Shown piece by piece: positions 1 through 7,794 of a stretch of DNA of 34,995 bases. The position numbers were made by a program, and so were the translations under genes. Positions within the stretch are counted from its first letter, which is position 1. Every line of letters starts with the position of its first letter. The notes below the pieces were generated by a model. The model was not told the origin of the DNA. It did no database searches and saw only the letters and a program-made list of their open reading frames with translations. Source of the DNA: Dehalococcoidia bacterium (GTDB taxonomy: Bacteria > Chloroflexota > Dehalococcoidia > E44-bin15 > DAOWNJ01); NCBI GenBank assembly GCA_030642645.1, contig DAOWNJ010000001.1:1-34995 (forward strand). The letters are read 5' to 3'.

Positions 1-2
1 AT

Positions 3-116
3 AGAAGGTGGACAACGGTGCCGATACATAAAGGCAGAGATCTAGGGAAAGGCATCTTGAGAAAAATCCTCAAGGATGCGAAAATCAGCACTGATGGATT
101 TGAGCAACTGCGTTGA
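3..116 (+). CDS. hicA: HicA-family toxin, C-terminal fragment (5' end outside window)
   Basis: Frame 3 reads ...TVPIHKGRDLGKGILRKILKDAKISTDGFEQLR and ends at TGA 114-116. The VP.H.G.DL..G.L..ILK.A pattern is typical of the HicA/YcfA C-terminus. The ORF is open to the window edge. Confidence 0.55.
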   Translation, partial: RRWTTVPIHKGRDLGKGILRKILKDAKISTDGFEQLR

Positions 117-194
117 GGTTGTATTGGGAATCGAGGCAAGGATCAAAGGATAGCACGCTCCCCGACAGCTCAATGGTAGAGCGGGCGGCTGTTA
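116..194 (+). repeat. 79-bp direct repeat, copy 1 (tRNA-Asn leader plus truncated 5' half of tRNA-Asn)
   Basis: Hand alignment gives 72/79 identity to 717-795. Similarity stops right after CTGTTA, inside the anticodon loop. Confidence 0.85.
159..194 (+). pseudogene. Truncated tRNA-Asn (acceptor 5' strand, D-arm, 5' anticodon stem and 6 nt of the loop)
   Basis: TCCCCGACAGCTCAATGGTAGAGCGGGCGGCTGTTA matches 35 of the first 36 nt of the intact tRNA at 760-834. The sequence after it (GTGGAC...) cannot form the anticodon stem. Confidence 0.8.
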
Positions 195-262
195 GTGGAC
201 AGTAATCATCTCTCGCAGCCTAGGAACTAAGTCAGGGTGCAAAAAGTTCGATTGGAGCAAGG

Positions 263-520
263 TTGAAATACACAGTCATAATTGAAGAGGGGCGTGAATC
301 CGGCTATGTAGCCTATGCCCCCGCCCTGAAGGGGTGCGCCTCCCAGGGTGAGACACGGGAGGAAGCCCTGAAGAACGTCAAGGAGGCCATGGAAGCCTAT
401 GGGGAAGCCCTCCTTGAGGATGGCCTCCCCGTTCCTACGGATGTGGGAAGGGACACAGTGGAGCTTGAGGTCAGTGCTAGGCAAGCAAGCTACCCCGAGG
501 ACCTTCTGGCAAAGAGGTAA
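263..520 (+). CDS. hicB: HicB-family antitoxin
   Basis: The 85-aa product MKYTVIIEEGRESGYVAYAPALKGCASQGETREEALKNVKEAMEAYGEALLEDG is a classic HicB N-terminal fold signature. TTG start at 263 with GGAG 5 nt upstream (254-257). Confidence 0.8.
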   Translation: MKYTVIIEEGRESGYVAYAPALKGCASQGETREEALKNVKEAMEAYGEALLEDGLPVPTDVGRDTVELEVSARQASYPEDLLAKR

Positions 521-708
521 TCAGGGCATTAGAAAGGGCTGGGTTCTATATTAGGCGACGAAAGGGAAGCCACATCGTGATGAGAAGGGATAATCCCTTC
601 GCTCAAGTGGTAGTGCCAGACCATAAAAGTATTGATACCGGGACATTAGCTTTAATACTTGATGGGGCCAACTTATCAGTCGAGGACTTTATCAAGCTTG
701 TCAAGTAA
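481..708 (+). CDS. hicA: HicA-family toxin; no canonical start codon at its 5' end
   Basis: Frame 1 reads ASKLPRGPSGKEVIRALERAGFYIRRRKGSHIVMRRDNPFAQVVVPDHKSIDTGTLALILDGANLSVEDFIKLVK and ends at TAA 706-708. The frame opens immediately after an in-frame TAG (478-480). The first ATG/GTG/TTG is GTG 577, well inside the conserved domain. Confidence 0.6.
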   Translation, partial: ASKLPRGPSGKEVIRALERAGFYIRRRKGSHIVMRRDNPFAQVVVPDHKSIDTGTLALILDGANLSVEDFIKLVK

Positions 709-716
709 CTCTTGCA

Positions 717-795
717 AGGTTGTATTGGGAATCAAGGCAGGGATCAGAGGATAACATACTCCCCGATAGCTCAATGGTAGAGCGGGCGGCTGTTA
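717..795 (+). repeat. 79-bp direct repeat, copy 2 (leader plus 5' half of the intact tRNA-Asn)
   Basis: See copy 1. There are seven mismatches, six of them in the 43-nt leader. Confidence 0.85.
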
Positions 796-834
796 ACCGC
801 TAGGTTCGAGGTTCGAATCCTCGTCGGGGAGCCA
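760..834 (+). tRNA. tRNA-Asn (anticodon GTT), CCA encoded
   Basis: Hand-folded cloverleaf: TCCCCGA/TCGGGGA acceptor, GCTC/GAGC D-stem, GGCGG/CCGCT anticodon stem with loop CTGTTAA, CGAGG/CCTCG T-stem with TTCGAAT loop, discriminator G and CCA. Length 75 nt. Confidence 0.93.
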
Positions 835-906
835 AACATAACTTCCAGTCATTCAGTTGCAGACTCACACTTTCCATAATAGCTTGTACAGGAACGGCTC
901 TTGACC

Positions 907-1252
907 TCATGGGGTGGGGAGGTAGGCGTTTTTAGCCATTAAAGCGCCGACTGGACATCTCGCCACACACTCACCACATAACTCGCATTTGGACTCATCC
1001 CCCAAAAAGGCGATTTCTAGGTGCCCAGAGGAAGTTCTTCCCTTGGCAGTCTCAAGCGCCGCACCGACAGGCGATCGCCATTTGCCCACCCCCCAGATCA
1101 ACGACGCACAGCCGGCACACCCAGAGGGCTTTAGTCTTTTCATTGATACGGGCCTCATATTCATCGCGAAAGTAACGAATGGTGGTGAGCACCGGATTGG
1201 GCGTCTGATTTGAATCTAGCCCGCTCCGGAGGAAACCCAGGGCAATTTCCTT
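907..1252 (-). pseudogene. Decayed C-terminal remnant of a NuoF/HydB-type flavoprotein subunit (frames alternate)
   Basis: One minus frame over about 1136-1252 reads [39 protein letters not shown]. This resembles the conserved [25 protein letters not shown] block that precedes the C-terminal ferredoxin domain of NuoF/HydB-like proteins. The listed frame 907..1164 continues with ..CAGCASLI.. and a clean CELCGECVARCP 4Fe-4S motif. There is no SD before the ATG at 1164. Confidence 0.5.
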
Positions 1253-1437
1253 TCAAGGGTTCTATCACGGCTAAAGGCCATACACACCACACGGCAGATT
1301 CCACATCCATTGCATTTATCCGTGTCAAGGTAAATATTTTCTCTTTTACCCTTGGCTGCAATGGTGATAGCGCCTGCAGGACAGGCAGTCACGCAGAAGG
1401 GTGCAGGGCAATAGTTGGCACATATCGACTTCAGCAT
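1216..1437 (-). CDS. Small 2x[4Fe-4S] ferredoxin
   Basis: The 73-aa product carries CANYCPAPFCVTACP and CNGCGICRVVC cysteine motifs. AGGAGG lies directly after the upstream gene's TAA and 4 nt before the ATG, so it is co-transcribed with 1448..3016. Confidence 0.75.
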   Translation of the reverse strand: MLKSICANYCPAPFCVTACPAGAITIAAKGKRENIYLDTDKCNGCGICRVVCMAFSRDRTLERKLPWVSSGAG

Positions 1438-1447
1438 CTCTCCTCCT

Positions 1448-3016
1448 TTATCCTAGAATCCTCTCCGCCTCCTCCATATCCGCTTCCATTATATATGGGA
1501 TACCCGAGACATCCGCTGCCTCTCGTGTCAGGGACATGAGGTCGTCCCTGCTCACGAAGTTAAGGGCAAATTTACGCTCCCCTGCCATGAGTTGCCTCAG
1601 GCCGGTGGCAATCCTGTCGTAATAGGTATAGATGCCTATTGCCGCCGGCGGTATCCTCTCGAAATCCTTTCCATACTTTTCCTTGAGTTCGGCTGCCTCG
1701 ATGAAGGTGCGAAGTAGGGCTTCCTGGTATTCCTTGCCCTTCCCATATGTCTCCTCAAGGAGCTGTCCCTGTGTCTTCCCCACCATAGCGGCGGTAAGGG
1801 TAGAGCGACCCATGCATACCGCCTTTATATAGGGTGCTCCCAGGGCTATAGCCTTAAAGATGTGGTCCTCCAGGGCAAGCCCCCCGGCTATGGAACAACT
1901 TGGGATAAACTCCCCCTTTTCATCGAGCCTCTTAAGGAATTTATAGAGGAGGCTCTCTATATAAACCGTAGGGATCCCCCATTCATTCATCATTCGCCAC
2001 GGGCTCATTCCGGTTCCGCCACCGGCACCGTCAACAGTGAGGAGGTCTATCTTTGCTTCCGAGGCAAATTTTACCGCCCGAGCTAGGTCCGATGCTTTGT
2101 AGGCACCTGTCTTAAGGGTAACATACCTGGCACCTACTCCCCTCAGCCGCTCCACCTCCCTTAAGAAAGGCTCCTCATCTACCATTCCCAGGCGGGAGTG
2201 CCTCTCGAATTCTCGTATGCCACCGGCCCTATAACCCTCCTGAACCACGTGGTCTTCAGGGTCGGGGATGACAATATATCCCCTTCGTTTAAGCTCAAGT
2301 GCCCTCTCAAGTGAAGGCAACTTGACCTCACCGCCGATATCCTTAGCACCCTGCCCCCATTTTATCTCGATGCCCTCGACTCCGAGCTTCTCTACTGCAT
2401 ACTCGGGGACACCAAGACGAGCATCCTCAACATTCGCCTGAACCAGCATCTCCCCATAGCCTTCATACCAGTCCCTATATGTCTTTACCCTCCTCTCAAG
2501 CTCGGGGGACCTTATAACCTTTCCATTTTTAAACTCGGCGTCTGGGTCCATGCCACAGACATTCTCTCCACATACGAGCACCGCCCCACACATGGCAATA
2601 GCGATGGCAGCCCCTTCCCAGTTCACCCTGGCTATCTCTGTTGAGCCCAGGGCACCGGTGAAGAAAGGGACTCTCATCTTTATCTTCTTCTCCCCGGCAC
2701 CGATCTCGGTAGAGATATCAACCGCCTGGAAGATGGCTTTATCCGAGTCTGCCTCGATACCCAGTGCTCCCACACAACTGCCCTGGATATTGAAGTGGGA
2801 GAAATCGACAGGGTAATCCTTCTCCGCTCCTGCAGTGAGCTTACCAAAGGGTTGAGGGTAGATGACCTCCTTTCCTCGGAGTGCTGACCTCCCCACCTCG
2901 CAGTACCCTGGGCAGCCATCTACACATGTTACACATAGTCCAGAGTTGGGTGATGGCGTCACCCGGGTGGTGGTCAAGGTTGCCGCACTTGCATTTGGCT
3001 TGCTAAAAGACATCAA
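1448..3016 (-). CDS. Glutamate synthase-related FMN-binding protein (GltB domain-2 like) with N-terminal Cys cluster
   Basis: The 522-aa product has N-terminal CVTCVDGCPGYC, then ..GGTGMSPW.., ..DLLTVDGAGGGTG.. and ..GGLALEDHIFKAIALGA.., typical of the FMN/TIM-barrel domain of glutamate synthase large-subunit homologues. AAAGGAGG precedes the ATG. Confidence 0.9.
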   Translation of the reverse strand: MMSFSKPNASAATLTTTRVTPSPNSGLCVTCVDGCPGYCEVGRSALRGKEVIYPQPFGKLTAGAEKDYPVDFSHFNIQGSCVGALGIEADSDKAIFQAVDISTEIGAGEKKIKMRVPFFTGALGSTEIARVNWEGAAIAIAMCGAVLVCGENVCGMDPDAEFKNGKVIRSPELERRVKTYRDWYEGYGEMLVQANVEDARLGVPEYAVEKLGVEGIEIKWGQGAKDIGGEVKLPSLERALELKRRGYIVIPDPEDHVVQEGYRAGGIREFERHSRLGMVDEEPFLREVERLRGVGARYVTLKTGAYKASDLARAVKFASEAKIDLLTVDGAGGGTGMSPWRMMNEWGIPTVYIESLLYKFLKRLDEKGEFIPSCSIAGGLALEDHIFKAIALGAPYIKAVCMGRSTLTAAMVGKTQGQLLEETYGKGKEYQEALLRTFIEAAELKEKYGKDFERIPPAAIGIYTYYDRIATGLRQLMAGERKFALNFVSRDDLMSLTREAADVSGIPYIMEADMEEAERILG

Positions 3017-3062
3017 GACCTCCTTTATTTTTTAGAAATGCTCTTTTGCAAATCTAGCTAGC

Positions 3063-3376
3063 TTAAGAATCAGAACTCCACTTATATCCACATGCATCAA
3101 GACGGTCTTTAGCCCTTTTTAGTTCTTCCTCTTCGAATAGTTGCCTAAACCGCTGGTCGAGGACGTGAGCTTCTACTGAGAGGTCAAGTCTATCAAGTTC
3201 CCAGAGTGTTGCAAATCCGTCTTGAAATTCATCTGTAGAAAGCAGCTTTTTGCTGCCTCTAAGCCCCTCTTTTCCGTAACCATGTTAAAAAAGCGAGTTG
3301 CATTATAGCTACACTCCTCCTTTGCTCTTTCGTAAATGTCTATCATTGCACTATGGAAAGCAATTTCATCGTCCAT
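3063..3376 (-). pseudogene. Small hypothetical protein, interrupted by a 1-nt frame shift at an A5 run
   Basis: The listed ORF 3173..3376 ends prematurely. Shifting -1 at the A5 run (plus-strand T5 3247-3251) continues without stops as ..EAAKKLLSTDEFQDGFATLWELDRLDLSVEAHVLDQRFRQLFEEEELKRAKDRLDACGYKWSSDS to TAA 3063-3065. The span is 314 nt, so adding one base gives 105 codons. Confidence 0.55.
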
Positions 3377-3397
3377 GATTCGCTCCTCTTTGCATTT

Positions 3398-3934
3398 TTA
3401 CCTGCATTCCCCTTCAGAGAAGCTATATGTTCTTTTGCCTTTTGGTGAGAATCTAAACCGACCTTTCTCTGTTATCCTATATATTATTTCGTCTTCCTTC
3501 ATATGGTGGTCACTGAAAGATAAAATGCCATCTGGTTTCAAGACCCTGTATAACTCCTCAAGCACTCCATCTGGATCGCTTAACGCATGAAGAATATCGT
3601 GTAGTAGAACCACATCTACACTACTATCTGGCAATCCAGTTATACAATCGGAACAGATAGCCTCTACATTTGTTAGCTGCTTCTTGGAAGCGATACTCTT
3701 GACCCGCTGAATACCAAGTGGGTGGATATCCAGGGCATAAACCTTTCCTTTCGCTCCTACCATCTCGGCAGCAATAATTGAATAACTCCCAGGGCCACAT
3801 CCATAGTCAAGTATGTAGAATCCTGGCCTTATCCCTATCTCATTCAAGATATTCCTGCGGGGTAAGAAAAAATCACGGATTCTGAAGCCAAAAGACATAA
3901 ATTTGAAATGGAGATTACTCATTGGTTTATCCAT
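3398..3934 (-). CDS. Class I SAM-dependent methyltransferase
   Basis: ILDYGCGPGSYS (motif I) and VDVVLLHDILHAL..VLKPDG are present. The ATG at 3934 (MDKPMSN...) is chosen because the longer listed ORF would overlap purQ. Confidence 0.85.
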   Translation of the reverse strand: MDKPMSNLHFKFMSFGFRIRDFFLPRRNILNEIGIRPGFYILDYGCGPGSYSIIAAEMVGAKGKVYALDIHPLGIQRVKSIASKKQLTNVEAICSDCITGLPDSSVDVVLLHDILHALSDPDGVLEELYRVLKPDGILSFSDHHMKEDEIIYRITEKGRFRFSPKGKRTYSFSEGECR

Positions 3935-3990
3935 TGCAATCGCCCCGTAATGCTCTTTTATCTGGAACAAGCGCCCATAGTATCGCTGCC

Positions 3991-4761
3991 CTAAGCATTT
4001 TCGACCCACTCCACAGCGTTTCGAAAAATGTGGAAGCCGTCCCCGTATTTCTGCGGGGGCTCCCTTGTCCACCTGGGGTGCTGGGTCCAGCGGGTAAAAC
4101 GCTCGGGATGTGGCATTAAGGCGAAAATGCGACCAGAGGCATCGCAAATGCCAGCGATATTATCTACCGAGCCATTTGGGTTATAGGGATAGCCTGCCTG
4201 GACATTTCCAGTCTCATCAGCATAGTATAAAACCACATTCAACTCTTCCAGTATTCCGGGCTCAGCCACCACCTTACCCTCTCCATGGGCGACAGGGAGA
4301 TACATAGAGGTCATTCCTTTAGTGAATATGCAGGGGCTTTTCTGGTTAACGCGGAGGTAAACCCAGCGACATTCAAACACCCCGGAATCATTGCCTGCCA
4401 GGGTTAATTGTTGCGGGCTTCCATCCGCTGGCCTGGGTAGGATTCCGGCTTTCACCAGGACCTGGAAACCATTACAGATTCCCAGAACGAGCCCTCCACT
4501 GTCGATAAAACCCTGAATATCTTCTCTGAGCTTCAGCCTTATTTCATTTGCCAGAACCTTACCGGCTGATATATCATCGCCATAGGTAAAACCACCGGGT
4601 ATGGCCATTATCTGGTAGCTGGAGAGTAGCTTCTGGTGACCCAGTAGCTCCTTTATATGTGCTAGCTCTACCTGTGATCCTGCTTGCTCGAAGGCAAATG
4701 CAGTTTCCTCGTCGCAGTTCGTCCCCGGAGCTCTGAGTATCAGTGTCTTCACTCTTGCCAC
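3991..4761 (-). CDS. purQ: Phosphoribosylformylglycinamidine synthase I (glutaminase subunit)
   Basis: The 256-aa product has ..LILRAPGTNCDEE.., GICNGFQVL (nucleophile Cys) and ..LMPHPER.. (His/Glu of the triad). Confidence 0.93.
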   Translation of the reverse strand: MARVKTLILRAPGTNCDEETAFAFEQAGSQVELAHIKELLGHQKLLSSYQIMAIPGGFTYGDDISAGKVLANEIRLKLREDIQGFIDSGGLVLGICNGFQVLVKAGILPRPADGSPQQLTLAGNDSGVFECRWVYLRVNQKSPCIFTKGMTSMYLPVAHGEGKVVAEPGILEELNVVLYYADETGNVQAGYPYNPNGSVDNIAGICDASGRIFALMPHPERFTRWTQHPRWTREPPQKYGDGFHIFRNAVEWVENA

Positions 4762-4771
4762 TAGACAAATC

Positions 4772-7633
4772 CTACCAGCGAAGGGGTCTCTCCCAGGCCT
4801 CCTTCAGCTCGGCAATAGAAGCTGAAAGCACCCTCTCCCCGGTAATTCCATAAACCTCGAACCTTTCATCATCCTTGACCCGACCGATGGCGGCGAAATC
4901 GACACCAGCCATCATACTCTCGAACTCATGCCTATCCTCCGGGGCTACCTCAACCAAGAAACGGGTATTCGATTCCGAGAAGAGCACGAAATCGCTCCGA
5001 TTTATGGGCTCACCAAGTGGGACTCGTTCCAGGTCGATTACCATTCCAAGCCCTCCGGCGAAGGCCATCTCGGCAGCAGCTACCCCGATGCCACCCTCGC
5101 TCAAATCATGGCAGGCCCTGACCAGGCCCTTCCCCATGGCCCGACTGAGCCTGTCCATGAGTTCCCTCCCCCTCCTGGGATCAACCTTAGGCACATTATT
5201 GCCTATAAAGCCATGGATGCCGTAGTAATGCGAGCCACCCAGTTCGTTCCATGTTGTGCCAACAATATAGAGCAGGTCACCTTCCCGTTTTGAGTCCATA
5301 GATACCGCTCGATTCACATCCTCCATCACAGCGAGGGCAGAGATGAGGAGTGTATGCGGAATACAGATCGTCTTTCCTTCGGCTTCATACTCGTTATAAA
5401 GGCTGTCCTTGCCGGAAATAAAAGGGGTCTCGTAGGAGATGGCTATATCATGGCACGCCTCGGCTGCTCGCACTAAAGCTCCCAGCCTGTCAGGCTTATC
5501 TGGATTGCCCCAGCAGAAATTGTCCAATAGCGCCACCCTTCCGAGATCGCCCCCGACAGCAATAACCTGTCTCAACGCCTCGTCTATCGCAGATGCAGCC
5601 ATCCAGTAGGGGTCGATGTCCCCATATTTAGGATTGATACCATTGGAAACGATAACACCCTTATTTGAATCAGGTATCGGTTTGACGATAGCGGCATCGC
5701 CTGGCCCATCGTTTTCTATTCCCACCAGGGGCTTGAGAATGCTGGCGCCCTGTACCTCATGGTCATATTGTCGAATCACACTTTCCTTACTACAGACATT
5801 GGGTGAGCCAAGGATTCCAAAGAGGTCATCACCAAGATCATGTGGCTCTGGAAAGTCTGGCTCACTATGCTGTGGCCTTTCCCAAATCGCCTCCCTCCTG
5901 AGCTGAGGCAAACCGTTATGCAGGAACTCCATGTCAAGGTCCGAGACGAGATTGCCCTGGTAGAAAAGCTGAAGATGTCGGTTGTTGGTGAACTCACCAA
6001 TGACTGTAGCCTCTACATCCTCGCCTGCAAAAAGAGAGACGAGCTCGTCGACCGAGCCCCGAGGGGCAGCCAGCACCATCCGCTCCTGTGATTCGGACAG
6101 CCATATCTCGGTATAGGTGAGCCCTGAATACTTTAAGGGGACCAGGTCCAAATATACACACACCCCTGTCTCCCTTGCCATTTCCCCCACCGCCGACGAA
6201 AGCCCACCCCCACCACAATCGGTAATTCGCCGGTATAGCCCCCGATCCCGGGCCTTTAGAAGGGCATCGATCAGCTTTTTCTCTGTAATTGGATTACCGA
6301 TCTGAACGGAGCTGGTAGAGATAGCCTCGGATTCCCTTGTAAGTTCTCCAGAGGCAAAGGTAACACCGTGTATCCCATCACGACCAGTTCTACCCCCCAC
6401 CAGAACAACCAGGTCCCCCGGCTGTTGCTGGCCTATCTGACTCAACTCCTTCGGTAATAGTCCTACCGTCCCGCAGAAAACCAGCGGATTTCCCACATAG
6501 CGCTCATCAAAAAGTATGGCACCGTTGAGAGTGGGGATTCCAAGTCGGTTGGCGTAATCGGCTACACCGGCGCGGACACCCTTGAAGATACGGCGTGGGT
6601 GCAGGACACCTTCGGGAAGTCTATCGTAGGGAAGATCGGGAGGGCCGAAGCAGAAAACATCGGTATTCATAATGGGTTTTCCTCCCAGCCCCGCGCCCAG
6701 TATGTCACGAATAACGCCACCTATCCCTGTCGAGGCTCCCCCATATGGCTCAACAGCCGAGGGGTGATTATGGGTCTCGACCTTGAAACACAATGCGTAG
6801 CGGCCATCGAAATCTATTACCCCAGCGTTGTCCACAAAAACCGAAAGACACCAGGGCTTCCCGAGCTCCTCGGTAACCTTCATAATAGTGCTCTTAAGCA
6901 GGTTGTCGATAACAACCTCACCCAGCTTTATCTTGCCCTTGAAGGTCTTATGAATGCAGTGCTCAGACCAGGTCTGCGCTATGGTTTCAAGCTCGACATC
7001 GGTCGGATTACGACCCAATCTAGAGAAGTAATTCTGTATCTCCTTCATCTCGTTTAGGTCCAGCCAAAGTCTGTCCTTCGAGAGCTCTACTAATTCATCA
7101 CTATCCATACCCAACAAATCGATAACTTCTAAAGAGAATTCATAAACTGTAGCGGGAAGGGAAACCCCTTCCCGCTTGGTGACCATGTGCTGGATCACGC
7201 TATTAACCAGTAGCTTGTCGCAGATAAACTTGAGAGCGCTCCCCGGGAGCTCGCCCCACAGGTAGTATCTCTCGGCAGTTTTCACCGACTCGACCGTTTT
7301 TATGCCAAGATCGCCAATCCCCTTCTCAACGCTCTCCTCCACGGGATCCATCACACCAGGATTGTAGGCGACCTCAATAACATGAGCATTCCTGTCCTCA
7401 ATACGAGGAGATGAAACCTCCCCATAAGAATACTCTTCAACCAGTGGGTCAGCCAGTAGCTCCCGACAGATTCTCCCCACCTCTTCCTCATCTGGCTTCC
7501 CCTCAAGTAGATATATGTCGCTGACCCTGGCCTGCTTGACAGTCGTGATGCCAAGATCGCGGATGTCTCTCTGTAATGCCTCTCCTCTGGGGTCTGGAAA
7601 ACCAGGCTTTACAGAGACCTCGATTCGGAACAA
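4772..7633 (-). CDS. purL: Phosphoribosylformylglycinamidine synthase II with two N-terminal PurS-like modules
   Basis: The 953-aa product has two PurS-like units (FRIEVSVKPGFPDPRGEA.., HVIEVAYNPGVMDPVEES..) followed by PurL motifs (WSEHCIHKTF, VETHNHPSAVEPYGGA, GKDSLYNE). TTG start with AAGGGAG 6 nt upstream. Confidence 0.95.
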   Translation of the reverse strand: MFRIEVSVKPGFPDPRGEALQRDIRDLGITTVKQARVSDIYLLEGKPDEEEVGRICRELLADPLVEEYSYGEVSSPRIEDRNAHVIEVAYNPGVMDPVEESVEKGIGDLGIKTVESVKTAERYYLWGELPGSALKFICDKLLVNSVIQHMVTKREGVSLPATVYEFSLEVIDLLGMDSDELVELSKDRLWLDLNEMKEIQNYFSRLGRNPTDVELETIAQTWSEHCIHKTFKGKIKLGEVVIDNLLKSTIMKVTEELGKPWCLSVFVDNAGVIDFDGRYALCFKVETHNHPSAVEPYGGASTGIGGVIRDILGAGLGGKPIMNTDVFCFGPPDLPYDRLPEGVLHPRRIFKGVRAGVADYANRLGIPTLNGAILFDERYVGNPLVFCGTVGLLPKELSQIGQQQPGDLVVLVGGRTGRDGIHGVTFASGELTRESEAISTSSVQIGNPITEKKLIDALLKARDRGLYRRITDCGGGGLSSAVGEMARETGVCVYLDLVPLKYSGLTYTEIWLSESQERMVLAAPRGSVDELVSLFAGEDVEATVIGEFTNNRHLQLFYQGNLVSDLDMEFLHNGLPQLRREAIWERPQHSEPDFPEPHDLGDDLFGILGSPNVCSKESVIRQYDHEVQGASILKPLVGIENDGPGDAAIVKPIPDSNKGVIVSNGINPKYGDIDPYWMAASAIDEALRQVIAVGGDLGRVALLDNFCWGNPDKPDRLGALVRAAEACHDIAISYETPFISGKDSLYNEYEAEGKTICIPHTLLISALAVMEDVNRAVSMDSKREGDLLYIVGTTWNELGGSHYYGIHGFIGNNVPKVDPRRGRELMDRLSRAMGKGLVRACHDLSEGGIGVAAAEMAFAGGLGMVIDLERVPLGEPINRSDFVLFSESNTRFLVEVAPEDRHEFESMMAGVDFAAIGRVKDDERFEVYGITGERVLSASIAELKEAWERPLRW

Positions 7634-7794
7634 GAGATGCTCCCTTTCTGTGGAAACTTACCAGGTCTTGCCAAAGCCCACTCGGTTGCTCCTTTGGGTT
7701 TAGGCTTCCAAGTCTATTCCCCCCGGCTTTCTCAGGCTCTTGCCTAATGTTCCCAGAAAGCTTACAGCCCGTATTTACGCTTCGGCAATTTATT

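Noticed and set aside
7634-7794. The 160-nt region upstream of purL as a purine, ZTP or PRPP riboswitch.
   Set aside because: I could not find the conserved cores, such as CCGCCUGGGC of the ZTP/pfl motif or the guanine-riboswitch loop sequences. Only weak, short hairpins are present. An Rfam scan would be needed to be sure.
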